A DNA stretch of 64,000 nucleotides from Candidatus Brocadiia bacterium. Its GTDB lineage: Bacteria > Planctomycetota > Brocadiia > CAIUPP01. This document shows positions 56,981 through 64,000 of this stretch, in pieces. A program made the position numbers and the translations under genes. Location of the stretch: contig JBEKCB010000004.1 in assembly GCA_050015075.1 (NCBI GenBank), positions 1-64,000 on the forward strand, given 5' to 3'. The notes below the pieces were generated by a model. It had not been told where the DNA came from, made no database searches, and saw only the letters and a program-made list of their open reading frames with translations. The number at the start of each line of letters is the position of its first letter. Position 1 is the stretch's first letter.

Positions 56981-59900
56981 CTAATGACGGAAATGGAAAG
57001 GCTCGGGCGCCGCCGGCGCGGGCGGCACGGACGCCTTCTCCACCGGCGCGGGCGGCACGGACGCCTTTTCCGGCGACGCGGGCGGCACGAACAGCTTCTC
57101 CACCATCGGCGCCGGAGGCGACGCGAACGGCTTCTCCGCCGGCGTCGGTCCGCCTTCGGCAAGGTGGAGCTCAAAATTCACGCGCGGTTTCGTCGCGCCG
57201 GCCGCGGTGACGCTCTCCGGCTCGATCAGGAACAGGCGCGAGGCGTCGGCCTCCTGCGCGGCCAGCAGGTAGTCCCTCACCTTGGCGGCCCGGTTGTACG
57301 CCAGCCGCCGCAGGTCGTCGGGCGTGACGGCGGTGTGCTCCAGGAGCCGCCGCTCCATCTCCTCGCGCGGCACGTCCTTTGCGACGCCGATGAAGTTCCG
57401 CGGCTTGCCCGGAATGTCCTCGGCTCCGTACGCGAGCTTCAGGTACCGCTCGTACTCCTCCGGCGCGACCTGCACGTCCGCGAGCGACGCCACTGCCGCG
57501 CCCTGGCCGATCATCTCCTTGAGCTTCCCCGCCTTGATTTTCCGGTCGAAGAACATCTTGCGCAGCGCCTCCTCGTCCGGGCCGGAGACCGTCTGCGCCT
57601 GGATGTCCATCCGCAGCGCGGGCCGGTCGGCGAGCAGCTTTGCGATCGCATCCAGCTTCTTGACGCTGTCGGCGATCAGCACGTCGCTGCCGTAGTCGAA
57701 CTCCACGTAGCGCATTTCCTCGCTTCCGGCCAGGAACGCGAACGGCGACGTGACGGCTCGTTCGACCAGGTTGACGAGCGTTTGCACGATCAGGGGCCCC
57801 AGGCGGAACTTCGGATCGCTGAACGTGCCGCTGATCGGCACATCCAGCGTGATCCGCCCGAAGCGGTCGCGCAACAACGCGAGGGCGAACTTGATCGGCA
57901 GCTTCATCGCCGTCGGGCTGTCCACGTGATCGCCCAGCGTTAACTGATCGAGGAGGATGTGGACGTTCAAGCCCAGCTGCTCGCGGTGAATCACGCATTT
58001 CACGTCCAGGACGAGTTTGCCCTTCGTCAGCGGATAGCCGATGTATTTGTCCGAGAACGGCGTCAGCGAACTAAGCTGCACGTCACGGAAGGCGACCGTC
58101 ACGTCCACGAGGCGGTTGTCGCTCGCCGGCTGCAGCCGGCCGAAAAAATCGAGCGGGGCCAGATTGTCCAGCTTGGCCTGAAAGTGAAACTCTCCCGGCG
58201 CGGCCTGCTTCGTCGGGTCGAGCGCGAAGCCGGTAAGCGCCAGGTTCATCGCGTCCAGGCTCGTGTCGAAGTTCGGCTCGATGCTGCGGTCCTGGAACTC
58301 CATGCGCCCGTCGCGCAAGGCGATCTTGCCGATGGTCACGGATGCCGGCGGCGCGTTCTGTTGGGCCGGCTCGGGCGACGGAGCCACAGCCGGAGCAGGC
58401 GATGCCGCACCGGCGGACGCGCGCGGCGCAGTGGCCTCGGCCAGGTTCAGCGAGCCGTCTTTTTCTCTGACCACGTGCACGTCCAGCTTGTCCAGCAGAA
58501 TTTCCTCGATACTCACCGACGCGGGCGGGAACGCGACCTTGATCCCGTTGAAGCTCAGCGCGTCCCACTTGACCAGCTCCTCGCCCGCCTTGTCCAGCAC
58601 GGCCAGTTTATCCAGCGCCACGCGCCCGGTGAAACTGCCGGCGGGAGCGCCGTTCTCCTGCGAAGCGACCACGTCGCCTTCGACGAGCAACCGGCCGTCG
58701 GTGACCGGCGCCTGCAGCGCGCCGCTGTAGTACGGCGCGTATTTCGGCAGGTACAACCCGGCCAGGCGCAATTTCCCCGTGAGCGATTTCGCTTCAACCG
58801 AAAAATCCCCTTCGATGGAAAACGCCTCGTCCGATTCCGTCAGCATCTTGAAAGCGTATTCGCTCCTCTTGCCCGGCGCCATCGTGAAATGCTGAACCTG
58901 CAGGTCAATCGGCGAGAGGGTCGTCTTGAACGGGCTTGCGGCGGCTTCGTCGGTGACGACGACTTTCCCGGCGCTGAGGGCGATCTGGTCCACCTCGATG
59001 AGCAGCGGCGACTGAGGCGGTTTCGCCGCCGCGCGCTCCTCCGGCGCAGGCGCAGGCTCCCTCCCGGTCGAAGCCGGAGGCTGAGGCAGCAGCGCGAGCA
59101 GGTTCACCTGCCTTTCGCGCGACCGGGCGATGTTCAGTTCCGGCTCGCGGATCAGGATTTCCTTCAGGGATACTTGACCCGTCAGCGGTTGCAACGCGAG
59201 CCCCGTCAGCCTGAATTCCGGCAGCCGCAGCACCGGCTGATCGGCGAGGTCGGCGACCGTGAGGTTCGAAACCGCCGCGTCGCCGCGGATGCTCAGCGAC
59301 GGCGCCCCGGCTTTAAGTTGGACGTACGAGAGCGTCAGGGCCAGCGTCAGGCTTCCCGAAGGCACCTTGAAATTCAGCGGCATCGGCGCCTCCGGCACAT
59401 AACGCGCCAGGTCCAGGTCTTGCAGATTCAAGTCGAGCGTCGTCTCCCGCGAATCCTTGAATGGCCGGGTCGCCCCGTCGAGGCGGATCAGGCTCCCGTC
59501 CAGCCGTGCGGAGAAGTGCGGCTGAACGTCCGTCTCGATGTAATAGGCGAAATTGGAGACGAACGGGACCGCGATCTCGATTTCTTCCAGCGAGTGCTTC
59601 CTGCCGGAGACGTTGTCCTCGTAAAGAATCCGGCCGTTATGGAGCTGGATGTCGTTGAACGAGAAGCGGAACGGCTTGCCCTTCGGCTTCTCCGGCGCCG
59701 CCTCTTCCTTCTTTGGGTTCGTCAGGTCGGAGTAATTGAAGCGGTTTGTGTCCTCGCGGACGATCCGGACCATCAGATCATCAACGTACACCGCGCCGAT
59801 GACCGGCGCCAGTTTCCATGCCGAGGCGAGCTTGGCGTTGGCGTAGATACTGCCGACGCTCACAAAATCGTCCGCGGAGTCGCGGTCGCTCACGCGGATA

Positions 59901-60118
59901 CCGCGGACCGTGAGCGACAGCGCGTACGGGTTCACGCGGATCGAGTCAATCGTCACGCGCCGCGAGAGCGCCTCCGAGGCCTTGCGCTCGGCGATGTGCC
60001 TCGCCAGCGGCGGCAGGACCAGGAAGAAGAATACGTTGAACAAGACGAACAGGACCAGCAGGACTTTGTAGATGCGCACGGCCCGCCGCCCGCGCATCCA
60101 CGGACGAAGCAGTTTCAT
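56981..60118 (-). CDS. DUF748 (AsmA-like) protein with OmpA-like C-terminal region
   Basis: N-terminal TM, RVNPYALSL; repeated beta-rich units; LPIKFALALLRD..LDVPISG; FDYGS..RA..V; Pro-rich tail. Confidence 0.85.
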   Translation of the reverse strand: MKLLRPWMRGRRAVRIYKVLLVLFVLFNVFFFLVLPPLARHIAERKASEALSRRVTIDSIRVNPYALSLTVRGIRVSDRDSADDFVSVGSIYANAKLASAWKLAPVIGAVYVDDLMVRIVREDTNRFNYSDLTNPKKEEAAPEKPKGKPFRFSFNDIQLHNGRILYEDNVSGRKHSLEEIEIAVPFVSNFAYYIETDVQPHFSARLDGSLIRLDGATRPFKDSRETTLDLNLQDLDLARYVPEAPMPLNFKVPSGSLTLALTLSYVQLKAGAPSLSIRGDAAVSNLTVADLADQPVLRLPEFRLTGLALQPLTGQVSLKEILIREPELNIARSRERQVNLLALLPQPPASTGREPAPAPEERAAAKPPQSPLLIEVDQIALSAGKVVVTDEAAASPFKTTLSPIDLQVQHFTMAPGKRSEYAFKMLTESDEAFSIEGDFSVEAKSLTGKLRLAGLYLPKYAPYYSGALQAPVTDGRLLVEGDVVASQENGAPAGSFTGRVALDKLAVLDKAGEELVKWDALSFNGIKVAFPPASVSIEEILLDKLDVHVVREKDGSLNLAEATAPRASAGAASPAPAVAPSPEPAQQNAPPASVTIGKIALRDGRMEFQDRSIEPNFDTSLDAMNLALTGFALDPTKQAAPGEFHFQAKLDNLAPLDFFGRLQPASDNRLVDVTVAFRDVQLSSLTPFSDKYIGYPLTKGKLVLDVKCVIHREQLGLNVHILLDQLTLGDHVDSPTAMKLPIKFALALLRDRFGRITLDVPISGTFSDPKFRLGPLIVQTLVNLVERAVTSPFAFLAGSEEMRYVEFDYGSDVLIADSVKKLDAIAKLLADRPALRMDIQAQTVSGPDEEALRKMFFDRKIKAGKLKEMIGQGAAVASLADVQVAPEEYERYLKLAYGAEDIPGKPRNFIGVAKDVPREEMERRLLEHTAVTPDDLRRLAYNRAAKVRDYLLAAQEADASRLFLIEPESVTAAGATKPRVNFELHLAEGGPTPAEKPFASPPAPMVEKLFVPPASPEKASVPPAPVEKASVPPAPAAPEPFHFRH
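57008..57120. repeat. Short ~30-bp coding tandem repeats (EKASVPPAP)
   Basis: ccggcgcgggcggcacggacgcctt repeated, 3-4 degenerate copies. Confidence 0.6.
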
Positions 60119-60318
60119 AGCCGCCCCCGATGAATCGTTGCCCTCAGTTGCGAACCTGGTTCCCTGCGCCCAAACCGATTATAACCGTGCCATTGGAACC
60201 AAACAACCCGCTTCCCGTAGGCAGGCACGAAACAAAAAACGCGCCGTCACGTGGTTTTTGGTGTATATTATGAGGCACTGAGCGAAGGTTTCGCGTGAAA
60301 CAGGGAAAATTCGCAGCG

Positions 60319-61683
60319 ATGGATGCCACACACTCGTCGGCGAGCGCTCCCGAGGCAGCCGGCAAACGCAGAATCCCTGTCGGCTACATCATCGCCGCGG
60401 TGATAGTCGCAGTGATCGTCCTCGCGTTCCTCGGAATGCACCTCTACTTCCGCTTGCAAATCAACGCCGAACGCGATGCGATCCGCAAGGCCGGATTCCC
60501 GGTGACGCTCCGGGAATTGAGTGTCTATTATCCTGTTCCTCAAGGCAATAACGCGGCTGTCGTTTACACTCAGGCCTTTGCGAAATACGCCGGCCACAAC
60601 ATGGAGAATAAGTTGCCGCTCGTAAGCAATAGCTATAACGTAAAACTCCCGCCGCGCGGCGAGCCGCTGCCGGAGGACATGAAGACCGATATCTCAGCCT
60701 ACCTGGCTGCCAACGCGGAGGCGCTGGAGTTCCTCCACAAAGCGGCTGCGATAGACGGCTGTCGTTTCGATCTGGATTTCTCTCAGGGTTATGGCATGCC
60801 TCTGCCTCATCTGGGGAAACTCCGCCAGGCGACGCAGTTGCTCGAACTTCAGGCACTGATGAAGGTCGAGGGCGGCAAGCCGGATGACGCGGCGATGGCA
60901 ATTGCCGATTCCTTCGGCGCAGCCCGCGCCTTGCAGAATGAGCCTGTACTCATATCCCAGCTCATGCGCCTTGGCGTTATTTCAATCTCCGTGAGCAACC
61001 TGGAGCGCGTGCTTTCCAGATCGACTTTGGGCGATCAGCAATTGACCGACCTCTCGAATGCGATTGCATCGCAAGAGAATCCGGAAGCCTTGATACGCGG
61101 GTTGGCAGGTGAGCGTTGCACGGGAGAAGATCTGTTTCTCAACAACCTTTCCCGCTATATCGGGCCGGTCACCAAACCCGGAAACGCACTTACGTTATGG
61201 CAGTTGAGTGGTCTCAAAGCAATGGATCATCTCAAGTACCTCCAACTGATGGCCGAGCTGGTCAGGACTGCCGGCGGATCGGCAAGAGACATTCTCGATA
61301 CGGCTGAGGACTGGGAGAAGAAAGTCCATCAGCTGCCGAGGTTATATTTCCTGACGAACTTCCTCGTCCCCGCGCTAACACGCGTCAATGAAGAGCAATT
61401 GAAGATATTCGCCCGCCTCCGCTCTGGCCGTGCGGCGATCGCGGTCGAGCGGTTCCGCATGGCGAACGGCCGGCTTCCCGGTTCGCTGGACGAGTTGACG
61501 CCCAAATGGCTGGATACCGTCCCGGCCGATCCGTTCGACGACCAGCCGATCCGGTACAAGAAACTGGCCAAGGGCTTCGTGACCTATAGCGTCGGCCCGG
61601 ACCAGAAGGACCACGGCGGTATTGAACTCGACCCGAAACACTACAACATCCCACACGACATCACGTTCATCGTGGCGCGGTGA
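60319..61683 (+). CDS. Hypothetical membrane-anchored helical protein with GspG-like C-terminal motif
   Basis: N-terminal TM; AVERFRMANGRLPGSLDELTP..DPF..YSVGPD..D.GG. Confidence 0.7.
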   Translation: MDATHSSASAPEAAGKRRIPVGYIIAAVIVAVIVLAFLGMHLYFRLQINAERDAIRKAGFPVTLRELSVYYPVPQGNNAAVVYTQAFAKYAGHNMENKLPLVSNSYNVKLPPRGEPLPEDMKTDISAYLAANAEALEFLHKAAAIDGCRFDLDFSQGYGMPLPHLGKLRQATQLLELQALMKVEGGKPDDAAMAIADSFGAARALQNEPVLISQLMRLGVISISVSNLERVLSRSTLGDQQLTDLSNAIASQENPEALIRGLAGERCTGEDLFLNNLSRYIGPVTKPGNALTLWQLSGLKAMDHLKYLQLMAELVRTAGGSARDILDTAEDWEKKVHQLPRLYFLTNFLVPALTRVNEEQLKIFARLRSGRAAIAVERFRMANGRLPGSLDELTPKWLDTVPADPFDDQPIRYKKLAKGFVTYSVGPDQKDHGGIELDPKHYNIPHDITFIVAR

Positions 61684-61702
61684 TGCATAGGAGCCGACCG
61701 TC

Positions 61703-62611
61703 GTGAAGCACGGCGCGAAAGCGGGAAGACTGTGGGCTTCGGCGGAGACGCCGCCCCTGCTCGATCCGGGCCCGGTTGCCGGACACCCGCGCGTCGTCGT
61801 CCGCGAGACCGTTTGCCGGAGCGTCCTCAACCAAAGCTCGATCAGCGACTACTCCCTCAACTGCTACACCGGCTGCACGAACGAGTGCGTCTATTGCTAC
61901 GCGCGGTTCATGCAGCGGTTCCATCCGCACGCGGAGCCGTGGGGCGAGTTTGTGGACGTGAAAGTCAACGCCGTCGAGACGCTGCGGCGTCAGTTGCGCC
62001 GCGCCCGGCCCGGCGACGTGTTCATGAGCAGCGCCTGCGATGGCTGGCAGCCAATCGAGGCCAGCCGCCGCCTCACGCGCGGCTGCTGCGAGCTTCTGCT
62101 CGAGAGCGGGTTCTCCGTCAACGTCCTCACCAAGAGCGAATTGGTAATGCGCGACTTCGACCTCTTCGCCGGCCGGAATGGGCGCATCGGCGTCACGATC
62201 ACCACGCTCGACGACCGCCTCAGCCGGCTCTGGGAGCCTGGCGCATCGTCGGTCGCGGCGCGGTGCCGCATCGTCGCGGAGGCGCGGCGCGCCGGGCTGC
62301 GGACCGGCATCATGTTCGCTCCCCTGCTGCCGTTCCTCTCCGACACCACGGAATCGCTGGAGACAATGTTCGAGTGCGCCGCCGACCTGGCGGTTGACGA
62401 TCTCTGGGTGGACGCGCTCAACCCGCGGCCGAAAGTCTGGTCCTCCGTCTCAGACTTGCTGCGGCGGGAATTCCCCGAACTGCATGAACCGTACCGCAGA
62501 GTCCTCTTCAACGAGGGCGCTCGAGCCGTGTACCGGGCCGAGGTGCGCAACCGAGTGACCGCCGCGGCCGCGCGGTTCAAGCTCCAGGATAGGCTGACGG
62601 GCTGCTTTTGA
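61703..62611 (+). CDS. Radical SAM protein (SPL/Rv2578c-like)
   Basis: YTGCTNECVYCYA CX3CX2C; LTKS; APLLPFLSD. Confidence 0.88.
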   Translation: MKHGAKAGRLWASAETPPLLDPGPVAGHPRVVVRETVCRSVLNQSSISDYSLNCYTGCTNECVYCYARFMQRFHPHAEPWGEFVDVKVNAVETLRRQLRRARPGDVFMSSACDGWQPIEASRRLTRGCCELLLESGFSVNVLTKSELVMRDFDLFAGRNGRIGVTITTLDDRLSRLWEPGASSVAARCRIVAEARRAGLRTGIMFAPLLPFLSDTTESLETMFECAADLAVDDLWVDALNPRPKVWSSVSDLLRREFPELHEPYRRVLFNEGARAVYRAEVRNRVTAAAARFKLQDRLTGCF

Positions 62612-62642
62612 TCTTTTGTCGCGGGACGACAAAACTTTTTTA

Positions 62643-62741
62643 GCCACGGATTTCACGGATGGCCACGGATTACCGAAGAACGGCGATAACGGCCGTTTTT
62701 ACCTTTGTAGTTCAACGCCGGTAATCCGTGTAATCCGTGGC
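62643..62741. repeat. Palindromic REP-like element
   Basis: gccacggatttcacggat..ccacggattacc / ggtaatccgtgtaatccgtggc. Confidence 0.7.
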
Positions 62742-62768
62742 AAGAACGCTTTTCAGACGGAGGGGACG

Positions 62769-63275
62769 ATGGAATTATATATAGTCCGGCATGGCGACGC
62801 GGGACAGGCGATGCTGGTGCGCGGGCGCGCCGACGACGAGCGCGAGCTGACGCGCGAAGGGCGCAAGGAGACCGCCGAGGTCGCCAAGGCGCTACGAACG
62901 CTCGGGTGTTCTCCCGAGCGAATCGGGACGAGCCCGCTCCCTCGCGCGCGCCAGACGGCGGAAATTCTGGCGGAGGTGCTGGACGCGGAGAAGGAATTGG
63001 AGAGTTGCAAATTCCTCTCGCCCGGTTCCGACGCTGACGCGCTCATCCGATGGCTCCGGGACGGTCGCGCGGATTCCGTGATGATCGTCGGCCACATGCC
63101 CGACCTGGCTCGCCTGGCCTCAGCCCTGCTCGCGCCGAAAAGCTCCCTCGACATCGTCTTCAAAAAGTCCGGCGTCTGCTGCATCTCGTTCGACGGAACC
63201 CCGGCGGCCGGCGCGGGACGGCTCGAGTGGCTGTTGCAGCCGAAGCAGTTGCGCGGGCTCGCGAAGCGGTCGTGA
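62769..63275 (+). CDS. sixA: Phosphohistidine phosphatase
   Basis: YIVRHGDA, TSPLPRARQTA, VGHMPD. Confidence 0.9.
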   Translation: MELYIVRHGDAGQAMLVRGRADDERELTREGRKETAEVAKALRTLGCSPERIGTSPLPRARQTAEILAEVLDAEKELESCKFLSPGSDADALIRWLRDGRADSVMIVGHMPDLARLASALLAPKSSLDIVFKKSGVCCISFDGTPAAGAGRLEWLLQPKQLRGLAKRS

Positions 63276-63278
63276 CCT

Positions 63279-63391
63279 CACCACGACGACACTACGAGCA
63301 CTACGAACGTCATGGCAATTCATTGCTGTAACAGCAATACCGTCGTGCTCGTCGCGTCGCCGTGGTGAAATTTCGTGTCGTCGCCGTGGTG
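63279..63391. repeat. Second palindromic REP-like element
   Basis: caccacgacgacactacgagcactacg / cgtgctcgtcgcgtcgccgtggtg, right arm partly duplicated. Confidence 0.6.
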
Positions 63392-63400
63392 CTTTCTCCA

Positions 63401-63429
63401 TTGACGATTCGACGCAGATTCCCTATAAT
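63401..63429 (+). promoter_or_regulatory. gyrA promoter
   Basis: TTGACG-17nt-TATAAT. Confidence 0.75.
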
Positions 63430-63518
63430 GCGGTTCTATCAAACGGGTATCTTTTCGTCCGCCCGAGCCGTTTCGTAAGTCCCTTCGGCAGAACGACTTT
63501 CATCTTGGAAGAACGACC

Positions 63519-64000
63519 TTGGCGCAGGAAGAACAGACGCCGGAACGACGCGACCGGATCAAGGACCTCCTCATCGAAGAGGAGATGAAGGATTCGTACC
63601 TCACGTACGCGATGAGCGTCATCGTGAGCCGCGCGCTGCCCGACGTGCGCGACGGGCTGAAGCCCTCGCAGCGGCGCATCCTCATCGCGATGAACGACCT
63701 CAACCTGGGGCCGCGTTCGAAGACCCGAAAGTGCGCGAAGATCGTCGGCGACACGCACGGCAATTACCACCCGCACGGCGACGCGGCGATCTACCAGACC
63801 CTCGCGCGCATGGCGCAGGATTTCGTCATGCGCTACCCGCTCGTCGAAGGCCAGGGCAATTTCGGTTCGATGGACGGCGACCCGCCCGCCGCGCCGCGTT
63901 ATACCGAGGCGCGGATGACCGAGGTCACGTCGGAGCTGCTCGCCGACATCGAGCACGAGACGGTGGACTTCGTGCCGAACTACGATGGCACGCGCCAGGA
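63519..64000 (+). CDS. gyrA: DNA gyrase subunit A, partial
   Basis: Own translation: [54 protein letters not shown]. Confidence 0.95.
   Translation, partial: MAQEEQTPERRDRIKDLLIEEEMKDSYLTYAMSVIVSRALPDVRDGLKPSQRRILIAMNDLNLGPRSKTRKCAKIVGDTHGNYHPHGDAAIYQTLARMAQDFVMRYPLVEGQGNFGSMDGDPPAAPRYTEARMTEVTSELLADIEHETVDFVPNYDGTRQ

Overview
GC-rich bacterial chromosomal window. Gene content (ECF/FecR module, secreted carbohydrate enzymes, MetVF, multiheme cytochrome) suggests an anaerobic or facultative Planctomycetota/PVC-like organism; this is inference only. Left part: GH2 fragment, cupin sugar isomerase, MFS transporter and a 990-aa secreted protein. These are followed by a minus-strand operon (2 stand-alone receivers - GltD/NfnB-like flavoprotein fused to ferredoxin and MvhD domains - metV - metF - Cys-rich 'two-CW'/GAF histidine kinase). 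It diverges, via promoters with overlapping -10 boxes, from a third receiver, a GHMP kinase, a nucleotidyltransferase-GHMP kinase fusion, a sulfite/nitrite reductase and a tetraheme cytochrome c. A ~22.6 kb decayed genomic island lies between tRNA-Arg(CCT) (20618-20694) and a 46-bp copy of its 3' end (43232-43277). It carries an ECF sigma with a genetically split FecR-type anti-sigma, thrC plus an ApgM-like gene, a FkbH/2xACP/2xFabH/FkbM acyl-assembly cluster, a GT2, and many integrase, IS, Prim-Pol and methylase relics. Right part: PIG-L deacetylase, HDOD-GGDEF, a NarL-type two-component pair, GH50-like and heparinase-like enzymes, a Pro-rich repeat protein, a URO-D-like protein, DUF748, radical SAM, sixA and the start of gyrA. 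Best candidates for undescribed systems are the GltD-Fd-MvhD/MetVF module with its Cys-rich sensor relay, the split FecR, and the kinase/possible pseudokinase-nucleotidyltransferase pair. No CRISPR array, rRNA or reverse transcriptase was seen. All calls come from reading motifs by eye; no searches were run.
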